Shown here: positions 51,971-64,000 of the stretch, one piece after another
Numbering within the stretch: position 1 is the stretch's first letter
Layout: each line of letters opens with the position of its first letter
Assembly: GCA_028534125.1 (NCBI GenBank)
Contig: CM052827.1
Coordinates: forward strand, 67,828,001-67,892,000
DNA: 64,000 nt
Reading direction: 5' to 3'
DNA from: Lama glama
Taxonomy: Eukaryota
Program-made: the position numbers and the translations under genes
The notes under the pieces: model-generated
The model's input: the letters and a program-made list of their open reading frames with translations, nothing else
Told to the model about the DNA's origin: nothing
Databases searched by the model: none

Positions 51971-53589
51971 GGAGTCATGAGCATTTACGGAGCAGACGGT
52001 GCCATAGAAATGAATTCATTCTCTGAAAGAATTTAGTCAGTAAAGAACAGAATTTCTCTTCCCTGTATAACATATCAGATGAGGAAGGACAATCAGACAA
52101 GGATGATTTAGCAAAGGGGGACAGAGAAGCAGAGTCAGGAACGTAAAAAAAAAAGCAGCAGTGCCCTGCTTGTGGGCACAGAAGCCAGAGTCGGGCTTCG
52201 CAGCCGAGACACAGAGGAAGCAGAGGAGGGCAGTGACCGGCACCGCCTTTCTGCAGCTTCTTGCCCAGAGCTGTGAATCAGTCCAATAACATGCGAAGTA
52301 TGAGGAAAATCACCCTAACCAGCTGAAGCCCCAGGAGAAAGGCACTGGATGTGACAGGTGAGAGCATGTGAGCAACTCCAGAAACCCTAATTAAATCACT
52401 TGCTGAACTTTAAGGACTTTGGCTTCACGTCTCCTTGTTTCTGACGGTTATGAAATACATCGCGCATTTAATTTGGATGGTAATTGTGTTTTTAGGAAAA
52501 GACCTCTCAATTCTTTGATGCTTTTAGTAAGCTACCAAATTATCTATAATCCATTTAAAATGAAGAGAAGTTACAGCCACATTATCATAATATTAACACT
52601 AGAGCATAAGCCACCAGTGGCTACAGAATTCCTAGAATGTGTAAACAGAAGGCAACCTCAAACCCTTCTCCACCATCTTCGTTGTTTATAAAATTGTTTT
52701 CCTGACCCCTCCTGTCTCCTCAGAGTAAGCAAGCCGCAAAGGAGAGCCAAGCCCAGTCACTATGCATGGTCTCTGGTGACACACACATGCTCTCCTTTCG
52801 GATGACGAGCTGACGGCAGAGACCATCAGCCCACGCGCTTCTCCTAGTGCTTCCACAGGTGACCCACCTTCCACAGGAGCAGGACCCCATGGACGACTTA
52901 ACCCAGGAAGAAACCGCAGAGTCTGGGTCTACCTCTCCGCAAATAAGAGAACTAAATACCAGAGGTGTTCGAGCAGCTCCTCTATAGACACAGGGTAGCA
53001 GAATGCGGGATTGTGGCCAACTTTCCTAATTTGAAAAGAACTGGGAGGTTGACAGCATTGCTTCTGGCCACCTACCCTAAGTAATGATAGGCCTCCTTAA
53101 TAAAATAAAACAGGGTTTTGGAACATGAAGTGGCAAACATAGTCCAGAACATTTCTGTGCTATAATTGTTTTTAAACTATAAATCAAAATGAGATTTTTT
53201 TTTGAGCCCTGGGACACAGAAACCAGTGTATTCCAGAAATACTTAAAGGTATGATTAAGCCACCAATCTTAACCATTTCTCTAAAGTTAACATTTATAAG
53301 CATTCAGTTACGGAAGTTAGCATTACAAATGCACACCAAGGCAATAGGAGGCCTGTCTCTGCCTTCATGGGATTTGCAATCTTACTGTGGAGAGAAGACA
53401 TGCATGGTTGAGAGTGAGCCCCACCATCTATGCTGTCACTTCAGCGCCAAAATGAGCAGGATGACGGCCAAATCTTTACTGGGTTCTGCATTTGGTTCTA
53501 CAGAAACAAAATGCCGAAGGAGAATGGGTGAAAACTTACCGAAAATGGCAAAGCAGTACTTGTCAATGAGAGGGCAGGATTTTAGTCTG

Positions 53590-54060
53590 TTCATGCAGCA
53601 AATACTTAGAAAGCCTACCCTGTGCCAGACAGAGTTCTGTGTGTGAGGGTAACATAGATGTGCAAGACAGACTAGATCCCAGGGGCCTCACTGTGCAGTA
53701 AGGGAAGAGAGAAAATCAAATACACGCACACGATGGAATCAGAAACTTTATGAAGAATGCACAGCTACTGTAGACTGGGGAGTCAGGGAAAGCGTCTTTG
53801 AAAGGACTACCATTAGAATGGAGACCTAAATGGAGCCAATCATGTGATGGTCTGGGGGAAGATCATTCCAGGCAGAAAGAGCAAGAAGCTTAGGATGTGT
53901 GTAGATCAAAACGGAGGCCACTGGCTGGACTGTCAGAAGCCTGGGGAGAGCAGTACAGAGGGCCCGCAGCCGAGATGAAGCGTTTGGGTATCAACAGCAG
54001 TGGTGGAAAAGCCACGGAAGAGTCCTAAGCAGAGAAGTAGCTCATCTGTCATCAGCTTTT
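53590..54060 (-). mobile_element. L2 fragment
   Basis: ttcatgcagcaaatactta..ctaccctgtgccagaca...ggggaagatcattccaggcagaaag. Confidence 0.65.
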
Positions 54061-54781
54061 AGATTCATGGTCAGCTCAGCGGATCAGCAGGGAAATGCGG
54101 GGACACCCGGGAGGTCCGAGGTCCACACCTTCAACCATGAAAAGAAGGGTGTTCAAAACGCAGCAGGGGGCAGACCCACTGTCCTCATTCCTGCCTCACC
54201 TGGACTGTGCGTTCAGAGCTGGTGACGCGCTTTTAACACATGCGTCGTATTCTCAGCACTAGAGGGCCATGATGCTTAATACCGTGTTCACATGAATCAC
54301 CCACTGTGTCAAAGTCAAAAGCTCTGCCACAGAGCTAGTTTAGGATTAAACTTCCAGAATTACGAAAGATGAGTGAAGTCTGCAGGAGGTGACAGAGCCG
54401 AGGACCTGGTTATTTCTGTCCCACCTATTCTAGGAGAGCGTGGCCAACCTTCCCTTATGGAAACATGGCAACCGAGTCCATGCGTTAAAAATGCTACTTA
54501 AACAAAAGTCAGAAAAGTCTAGACATGGAGTCGTGGAGCGTAAGTCTCTCACAGACATTCATTATATTCATTAGATCTCTAATGGTAAAAAAAATGACAA
54601 ACACCAAACATACACCCTTTTCTACATGCAAAACCAACAAAGGATAAGAAGATAACATTTTACCAGAATGCATTCAGATTTAATTTTCTGTTTAATTGGT
54701 TTAAAAACATCAAAAGGAGTTTACTCAAAACGTCTGTCTGAATAGTAATTTCTTTTTACATACCAAGCAGTCAGTACTTAC

Positions 54782-54906
54782 CTGCCTCAAGCTACCAGTG
54801 TAATAGTAATTTTCTTTGCCGTGTGCTCACAGTTTAGAATATTAATCTTACCCTGTGAGTGCTGGCCAACCGGAAGCTCTGCAGTTAGTTTCTGCTTGAA
54901 AAATTC
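54782..54906 (-). other. LRRC8B: Probable LRRC8B 5'UTR exon (125 nt; an internal donor would give 55 nt)
   Basis: Acceptor tgatttctctttAG (54908-54907), consensus donor CAG|GTAAGT (54781) and a second donor AGG|GTAAGA (54851). Confidence 0.65.
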
Positions 54907-57900
54907 CTAAAGAGAAATCATAAACATATTGTTATATTTTATGCATCACAGAACTGCAAGACAATGCAGCCACCTACGTGGCTCTAAAATTTCAGACATG
55001 TATAATAACTTTATGCAACACACAAAAGATAACTTTTTAAAAAAGTGAGCGCTGTTAAAAGAGATCACTTTCTGACCTCTCACAAAAGGTGTCAGCTGAA
55101 GCCCAGGGAGAGAAACAGATCTCTGCCATAAGGCACACACCCAGTCCCATCCCCACGGGAGCTCACAAGGCAAGAAACAAGAATTTTGAATTCGTAATGA
55201 AGAATGAGACAAGCATTGTATCTGAGGCACCACTCATTTTATAAGCAGAAGACAGGAAAGCTCACTGAAAATGTCTGTGCTTCAAACAGGGGAGCACGGA
55301 GCCGCAGCGGCTTAATGTTTAGGATCACCTTCTCCTTCCAGTTTGCTGTTGCTCTGCTTTTTGCTGGCCTGCTGCTGTCACACAATCGTGCCATTATAAA
55401 ATTCAACAGCAGGACACTGAGGCCTCTTGTCGCCTCATTTCTCAAACGCTTTCTTGACAATGTTGTGGTTTCTCTGTATATCATTTTTGATGGAAGCATA
55501 GTAGTTCACACGTGGATAGGTCACAGTTTACAAAATCACTTCCCTTCTGAATCTTAGATTTTCTCTTTTTACTACTAATTAAGCTGTAAACATCTCTAAT
55601 TATGTTCACATGACTTCCTTTGCACGGACCTCCAAAAGTAAGGATGATGGGTCAAAGAGCATTAACACCGTAAGGCGTCTGACATATAACATAAGTTATC
55701 TCCCAAGGAGATTACACCAATTTTCCTTCCTACAAACAGCACGAGCAGCACCCTCACCACATGTGGGAACCATCGTCAGAAATAAGTCTCTGCTGATCCC
55801 ACACACGAAAACGGTCTCGCTGTTGCCTTACTGTGCATTTCTTTGACTGAACTGGGCTGAATGCCTCCCGACATGTCTGAGCAATGAGTTTCATTCCTCT
55901 TTCCTGTTTCACATTTACCTAAACTGGAGGAATATTTTGCTGGGAAGACTAAATGTAGAACTTAATGAAATCTCGCTCAGAACGACAACCTGTCATCTCA
56001 GAGTGAAGCCATGGCCATCAAGCGAAAAAAGCAAAATCTAGCTCCATTTCTTTACCCGGGGTAAAATCAAATCACTCAAACTAATTTTAGAAACCATAGC
56101 AGAAGTTATCGTCTTTCTTCCTCCCCAGCAGCAAACAAAAACACAAGTGGGAAGGAAGAAACCAACACGAAAGCACTAAATGGCAACGCTCCTCAGAACA
56201 GGGACAAATGCTCCCTGGCAGGCAGGGTCAGGGCAGGGGCTGGACCGCGACCGAGGCAGAAGGGCCGCTGAGGCGGCCCCCGTGGGCTCCCCAGCCCAGT
56301 GCTCGTGGAGGCCGTAAAGCCGGCATTATCTTCCCCTGAAAAATGTTTTCTCCCCCCAGAGGCAGGACAGAAGAGACATGAATTTTCACTCCAAAAAATA
56401 AATTCCCAGATCATCTAAAAAAAATGTATTCCTGAAGATCTGGCGATGACAAGCATACGCCGAGAACTCCCTTTCTCAAATGAGAGCTCCTTTCAGAAGG
56501 TTCCCAGTGAGGGGCAAGAAGGGCTACTCCCAAGTGACTGTGGACTAAGGAACAACAGGGGGCGGTCAGCTTCCTGACGGAAAAACAAAAGGCCCCAAGG
56601 CGCGTGCTCCTACCTCCCTACCATCAGGGGGGCCAGAGGGGACGCACAAAACACACTCCCTGGAGGAAAGCGAAGAACTGCCGCACAGTTCTGGAGTCTG
56701 GGGATGGGAGAGTCTGTCTTTCAGCGATAGTTAAGCAGACTCCTTTTAGGGTTTGGCAAGGAGGCAAGAATCTCTGCAGGGCCACTCGACCCATTTTGCA
56801 GGTCAGATGCGGCAAGAACCACTGCGACAGCACACTCACGCGACCTGCCTCGTGCAAGCCCCCAGGCTGAAGGCGCCAGGTCGTGTAAAATTCAAGTGTC
56901 CTGTGTCCACCAGTTTGAAAGGTTCAGACCGTGAGTACCAGGTGCACTTAAGACAAGGACGCCTGACTTCACCAGCAGCCCCACCCTACGCCCGCCGCAG
57001 GCCACACTCACCGCTCCTCCACCTGCGCCCCAGAGCCCGCCACTAGCGGCTCCCTCTCACTCTTTTAAGAGACGCAATAAGCGACTGCCTGCAGACCTTC
57101 GAGGACGGGGGCAGAACCTCACTTGCCTGCATCCTCGGGACCTACCCCGGAGTCTCTTTCCAGGGCCAGGTCAAGGGCAGCCGCCCTGTGCCAGTTCATC
57201 AACGGGCGCCGCAGCATCTCGGGAAAACTGCTGACCTGCACAAACGTAGTGCCCACCCGACCTCCCGTCGGGGCCTGTGCAGAGCGTGGCTGGAAGGGAC
57301 GGCTGGGAGTCTGCTAGGGGACTTCTAGCCGGCTGAGATCCTGGGAGCTGGCGGAGGGGGGGCCGCAAGGGGCTCTCTGGCTCCCTCTTCCCTCTCATAC
57401 AGCTCCTGGCTCCTCTTAGAAATGCGGAACAGGTGTTTAAAGAACAGCGGCCTGAAGTGGCATCAGATCCTTAGCCTGCCCAGGACACAGGCTGACAACC
57501 CGCCTCGGCTGCCCCCAGTCTCAGGCCTGCCCTCCTGCACCGGAAGTACTGAGTAAGGAATTACTTCTGAGCCAATGATACCGGCTCAGGTTTCCCCAAC
57601 CAGCCAGGAACCAAGGGCACGGAGGAGCGGGGCTGGCGCCCTGAGGGACCTGGGGGCACATTCGGTGGGTCGGGAAGGGCGATGAGCAAAGCAGTGGGGC
57701 CAGAGCCTCAGGCAGCCGTTCCACCAGCTCATGACAGGCACAGGGGTTCAGAAGCAGAGGCTGAGCCTCCCCCTTCAGAAAGAAAGGAGAAAAATTCGTA
57801 TTTGCCAACTCACTCACCAAACACGACATCTCACAAATCTGAATGGAGAACTGCTGTCGCATTCAGCAGGACTGGCTGCGTCAAAATGGCAGCGAGTCAC

Positions 57901-60900
57901 TCTGAGTCAGTGACGGATCACTGGACAAACGCCACAGCATCCCTAAATGAGCTTGAGGTCTCACCACATTACGATTTCACGATTCTTCTTCCGTACAAAC
58001 TAGCAGCATAGTGCAACAGGAATAATGCTGGGACCAGTGGAAGTATCGAGCTTCCGCCCCACAAGGATAGCGTGCACCATGCTGTTCGGTGCCCAAGTGC
58101 TGCCCAGTCCACCTCCCCCTAAGACCACAGGCTCCGGGAAGGTAAGGACGGCCCTTGTCGCCCAGAGCCTGCAGCGTATGAAGTATCCCCTGAGTACTGT
58201 ACTTCCACAACCCTGTGAGCTACGATCAAGATGACAATATTTCACATCTTGGGGTGGTTTCAGTCTCGTAACACCAGTAACTTCCGACAGTGATCACTGT
58301 AAAGAACGCTTTGGCTGCTGTACCATGTTGTTAACCCAATGACAGAAATCAAGTTGCTGTGCAGGGCAAATCAGAGCAGTGCTTAGATCCAGCTAATTTC
58401 TGACCAAAGAGCAAACGATGTTTCAAATAAACACTGCTGCTCACTCTTCCCCTGAAACGAGCAGTTGTTCCACAGGAGGTGCTCCTTTGGCGCTGAGGGA
58501 GCGCTCAGTGCTCTACGGCTTCTGTTAAGCGGCATCGCCATTAGCTGGTCAGGCGCTGCCTTCCTGCCTCTCAGAAGGGCTCAGCATGCAAGACAGGGGC
58601 TGACACACCAGGTCTTCTGATAATCGTCTGTTGAATGGAGAAAGCGATGGGAGGTGGGAGGGGGAAGGCTACAGCTACTGCGCACTGACTGAGGTAGGAA
58701 CAACCATCCCAACTCTAATGGTGAGAAAGGTAAGGCCTGGAGAAACCAAGAAGCTTGCTCAAGCTCAGGCTCACAAGGCGAAGCAGAACTCACAGCAGCT
58801 CTGACTAAGGGCCGTCCGCTACACCGCCTCTGCAATGAGCCGTGTGAGAGGGAGTTTTATATAGAATGTGACATCGCTTTACAAAAAAAACTACAGTCTA
58901 TCTTTTAGAGAAACTAAAAGACACAATCTGAAAATCAGGTCCCTATAGCTGTGCTAGCTCATGACTCAGCATCCCATCTAGAGAAGCAGAACCACCCACT
59001 GCTCCCTCCATCCTGCCTGCCTCTTTTAAGTAATTCAGATCAACGTGACAGACGCCTGAGCAGGGGAGCATCCTGCCGGCACAACCTCTTCCAGAGAAAC
59101 ATTGCCCTCCCGTCTAGCGACAAGAGGAATAACCCGCGTCTAAACTGTGTTTAAATGATGTTTCACGTGGCTTTTCTTCCTGGCCTTCCTATCAAATGTG
59201 GCTAAAATAAATTTATGCCACATCACCTAGATATGACCCTCCTTCTGAGTGCCTTGATAAAGATGCACCTCATGCCCTCGTTGTTACTCTGTCAGGCCTG
59301 GTTCTTACCTGAAACTCATACAAGAAAGGGAGGGTGCACAGCGGGCAAGGCCGAGTGCAGACCGTGTCATTTGCTACCTGCTTGATCTTAGACAAGCCAA
59401 GTATCAATTTTCTCATCCGTAAAATGGAGGTAAGAATGGAGTTGTTCTAACAATTAGATAACTTAGGAGGCAACTATGGATCAAAGCGCTTAGCACAGCA
59501 GCAGGAACTCAGTAAGTGCCCGGAAACGGGCGACCCCAAAAGGCTGGGCAGACGGGACCATGTTCTGTGATCACCGTGACTCCCACTCCCTTGAGAACAG
59601 CTGGCACAGGAAGGAAGGACGCTGCACCACGCGGCTCCCGGGCGGCAATCACACAGCCTCGCGGGCTCGGTGTGGCCACCTCCGCCTCCAGCTCACGCTG
59701 CCCGTGTCGTGGATTCTGACGCAGTCTGGACGACTGCGAGGGGGAGGGGGCTGGGAGGCCTCTGGCTCCGTTTCTGTCCACCCGTTGCTGGCGTCTGTGC
59801 TCCCAGAATCAGGCACCTTTACAGAAGGTCCCCTCCACCTCCTGGTCAGCAGCGCTCGCCGCCGGGGCAGTCGGTTCTGGGAAAGCAGTGTTTGGCCCTC
59901 CTGCTGAGGCGCTGCTCTGTGAATGTTCTGGAGACGTTCTAGGTAACTGCAAACTGCCCGCTTATTATTTATTTGTGTATCTTTCCTTCCCCCAACCCTC
60001 CCCCACCTCCCCCAAGTGGGAGTGAGCGGTAGGGGCTGGTTTTCTCTGCTCACAGCGTGGAAAACGTGCCCTGGAGCGATTCCCAGGCCTGCCTCCACCT
60101 CCATCTGCGTGGACCAACGCCACGCACTCACCCACCCCAGGCTTCAAAGCGTGGACGCTCATGCTGGCCTTGCGAGTTGGTAGCAGTGGTAAAAGAAATA
60201 CTGTGGAAGCACTTTGAAATCATTAACGGTGCACGTAAATGTAAAGGGTGACTCAGAGAAAGTAATTTTTTTTTTTGCCAGTAATTTTAAAAGAAGCTGC
60301 TTTTGGCCTTGGAACAGTATCCGAAGTTGAAACAAACAGCCATGAAATGATCCCTGTTCACACCACTTTGGTTCCAAGGAAACAAAGCAGCAAGTGCTGG
60401 AAGGCCACCGACACTACCTCACGTTCAAGTCCTGCTATAAAGTCAAAAAGAACTTCTTAAACAGGCCCAGCGGTCCAGGTGGAAATGCGTGGCCACAACA
60501 GAGCTGCAGCAATCTCTTCCCTGCGAGCAGGCAGTAGCCCGAGGAGGAGGCCCTTCTCCAGGTCGACCCTGCAGCAACGAGCAGGAACGGACCGAACATG
60601 GTGCCAGCTGGGGACCGACCTCTGCTCACGGCGCCGATGAAATGCGGCCGCGCCTGTCTGCCCAGTGCAGAGACGGCTCTTCAAAACATTCCAGCCAGCC
60701 AGGACTGCTTATCTCTTCTGGCTCCTACTTTCCCTGGAAGGAGGTGCGGACATAAAGGGTTGAGCAAGAACGCGAAGAGAGAAATAGGTCAGTTTCGAAA
60801 AAACAAGCTCTTGTGTCATCCACGTTTCAGGTAAAAAGTCCGCTTTCACCCTGGTGTTCAATCGGAGCTTCACTTTTGCAGCTTGGTTATGGCCGCTGGG

Positions 60901-60924
60901 GGTCTAGACCACCGGCTTCCACTG

Positions 60925-61768
60925 GCTCCTGCTGGAGCAGAGAAACGTTTGGTTTCTATTCAGGGGAAACACAGCGAGTTGCCTTTTTTCTGACACTGCC
61001 CCCTCTGCACCAGCTGGGTGTCCGGTGACGCAAGGCTGCCCTGACACGTACGGCGGTGTCGCTCCACAGGTTTAAGTAAGTGCTCCGTCCCACAAGACCG
61101 TCGCCACTGCAGGTGCCAGCCTCCAGTCCCAGGGACCCAGGTTACCCACACTTTCGTCCAGCTCGACTGGACAAAATTCAGGGGCTCTCACACCCGCCTC
61201 CTCAAGTTCAGTCATTCACCAGAACAAGTCACAGAACTAAGGAAAACCGTTGCTGGCACACACAGGCTTACTGTGTAGGACACAACGCAGCAGCAGCCAA
61301 ACGGAAGAGAGGCCGCGGGCGAGGCACTCGGCGGTGGGGGAGCGGGCGGGACCGGGGGAGCTTTCCACCTGCACTGAGCACGCTGCCCTCCCAGACCCTC
61401 CCTTCGTTCCCCAGCCTGGAAGCTGCCGACCTCTGGCGTTTAGGGGTGTTTGGGGAAACTTCATTACGTAGGCACGCACGGCTGATGAACTCATGGCCAG
61501 TGGAGATGGAAAATCTCCAGCCCCTACCGCCCCCTCAGCAGTCAGGAGGTTTACTGAAAGCTCCGCCCCTCCAACCACCTGGTCAGCTCCTCTGGCGACC
61601 AGCACCCCCACCCAGAGTCACTCCATCAGCATAAACTCGGGCAGGATGGAAAGGGGCGCTTATGAGTAACAAAAGACGCCCCAGCCGGAAATTCCAAGGG
61701 TTCTAGGAGCTCTGTGCCAGACACCGGGGGCAAGGCCAAAATACGCACGAACTTCTGACTGTACCACT
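60925..61768 (-). mobile_element. MER21-type LTR
   Basis: ggaaattccaagggttctaggagctctgtgccag and cttcattacgtaggca match MER21 in reverse. Confidence 0.7.
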
Positions 61769-61929
61769 TGTGGCATCACACTGCAGGGGGACAGTCTCGC
61801 AGGAGGTCTAGTGCTTATTTAGAGCAGCTGCAATCCGCAGCAGTGCCAAGCAGGCCACTTAGGAAGTTAAGCTCCCCTTCAAGGACCAAGCAAAGAGGTG
61901 AGCCAGCAACATCCTGGGTCAGTGACTAG

Positions 61930-62185
61930 AGCAGTCCCTTCTGAAGGGAGGCCTTCCCTGGCCCCTCTGAGCAGCCCTTCACAACATGCTTTCAGTTCTC
62001 CACTCCTCGCTTTCACAGCACTTATCACATACTTTCATGAAGCTGTTCAATTGAGGCCTATTTCTCTCCCACTAAAGTAAGTGCAGCTCCGTCAGGTCTG
62101 CTCTACGTGTATCATGCTCATCACTGTATCCCCAGGGCTTAGCAGACAGCCGCTGCTATTAAATATTAAATGAACATTGAAAGAA
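61930..62185 (+). mobile_element. L2 3' end
   Basis: tcactgtatccccagggcttagcaga...taaatattaaatgaa. Confidence 0.6.
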
Positions 62186-64000
62186 TTAAAACTAGACCCT
62201 CCCCGCCGTGTGGAGCAAAGACAAGAATAACTTGTCATCGCTGCATCGTCTTATCTTCAATTCACCAAATTCCACGTGACATGCACAGCCTCTGACTCCT
62301 CCAGCAGGTAAAGACTCGTCCAGCCCTATCAGCAGAGAAGAGACTTCGCTCAGCCACGGCATCAAGAATACTTCGAGGCAGGTCTCGGGACGCTGGAGTG
62401 ATGAGTACGGTCAGGCTTCCATAAGATCCCACAAAGAGATAACAGGGATCGGGGAGGACACCCGCGCTCCAAGGAAGGGGAGTGGCAGCGTCCCTGCACA
62501 TCAGGCTGGCTTTGGGCTTCAGAACCCAGGGTTCTGCGGCCTTGCTTGGTGTCAGCAAAGAGGAGAAGCCATGTTCTCTCTGCAATTTAGTTTTGATGGC
62601 TTCCTAGGAAACAAAAGCCACATTCCCCATCTGGAAGCTTCACACAGGATTTCTAAGTCAGGGAGGGGCTCTGTCTGGCTCAGCCAGCCGCACAAGCATC
62701 ACCTCCGCTCAGCGACCTAGGCTCCTCCTCTGTGCACAGCAAGTAAGTCTACAGTCATTTCTCAGCAGCAAACCTGAATGTGGAAGGACTGCACCAAGAA
62801 AGCTGATGGCGTCTTTTTTTTTGTCTCCTTCCCCCCCACCAACCCCTACACAAGAAACAGCATTTTTCTATTTATACTTGACAACGTCATGTGTTTTTAT
62901 TGTGGAAAGTCTTACTCATTCAAAGAGGCAACAACTTAGGCACTGCTAGTTGAACAGAGAAAGGAAGAGGCCTCATGTGCTACCAACGCACGTCATGACC
63001 AGAGGTGGGTACCGAGACTGTCACATCTCGCATCCTTTCTGACATGAGGTGTCCTCAATAATCATGGCCTAACCGCTAAGGTGCAAAGCATCATCACCCC
63101 AGATGCTGAAGAGGATGGCAAGGCGTCCAACTCAGACACAGCCTCCACAAGGAACTCATGCTTCGGTGAAATAAGCCTGAATGTGAGATCAAACAAATGG
63201 CTTCCACAGTTGTGTCTTAAGGGAATCTGTGCCAAAGCAGTAAGAGTCACTGCCCAGGAGCTACGAGCTGAACCAAGAAAGATGCATGGGGTTCACACAA
63301 ATGGAGGTGAGGGATGAGGGGCCGAGGGAGGAGGATTAACGGCAGGGCATGTGATACGTCACGTGAAGGAATGAGGAACAAATAAAGAAGGCGAGGGAAG
63401 ACAAGGTGAATTTAAGGAGTTAGTGAAGAGACATCTATGGATGAAGTGGAATTTTTGAGACAGAAATAATGGAGATAAGAATAGAAAGTAGATTTTGGTC
63501 AAATACTAAAGTCTAGAATGTCTGGCTAAGAATTTTTCAAGACATAGCTCAGCCCTTCGCATCAACAGGCACCTGAGAAATAACTGCTTTGGCACAAAAA
63601 TGCCACTTTCAGGATTAGTAGCCAAATATCTTTATGAGAGCAGAAAGGAATTTAGATTTGATCACACAAGCAGTAGGGAGTCACTGATGATACCCGAGCA
63701 GAGGAATGATGGAAAAAATACACTGAAGGGCATGTTAGTGCGCATCAGGGACGCTGACTCGAAAGCATCAGGACTGATTCATCAAAGGGGGTTTGAGGAC
63801 GAGACAGGGCACCTAAGCCTGTACCAGGGCACATACACATCACCTTGTGAAATAAAACAGAGACTTCAAAGGCAAAATACCAAGGAGAAACACGAGGCAG
63901 TTCAATGATGCAACGGACAAAACAGTTAGATTTTGAGGCAGCAGACTTTTCCCAAAAGTCTTAATTGATATTTTCAAAAGAGGAATGGATTTGATCAGTT

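Noticed and set aside
1-64000. CRISPR arrays, operons, intact transposases or retroviral ORFs
   Set aside because: None seen. This is eukaryotic intron-rich DNA and all mobile elements are non-coding relics.

Overview
Mammalian genomic DNA. The host is probably a camelid, judged from a tRNA-Ala-derived SINE family and a young L1 3' end; this assignment is an inference. The window covers part of the LRRC8B-LRRC8C volume-regulated anion channel (VRAC) gene cluster on the minus strand. LRRC8B is complete at the protein level: two coding exons (43469-41331 and 34676-34404) give 803 aa. It also has two likely 5'UTR exons (54906-54782 and 46082-45981) and a ~4.5 kb 3'UTR ending near 29.9 kb; its promoter lies beyond the window. 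A strong CpG island at ~0.6-2.4 kb holds a minus-strand first exon (donor at 1416) that synteny assigns to LRRC8C. The remainder is intron or intergenic DNA full of MIR, L2, L1, MaLR/MER21 LTR and hAT (MER5/20/33/58) relics. Nearly all other ORFs in the track are spurious. I see no novel multi-gene system. The best leads are regulatory: an in-frame second splice donor that would insert 22 aa into the LRRC8B LRR domain, short uORFs in both paralogue leaders, a MEF2+GAS and tandem TonE/NFAT motif module at the LRRC8C promoter, two perfect antioxidant response elements in LRRC8B introns, and signs of GC-biased evolution in both repeats and the LRRC8B protein.
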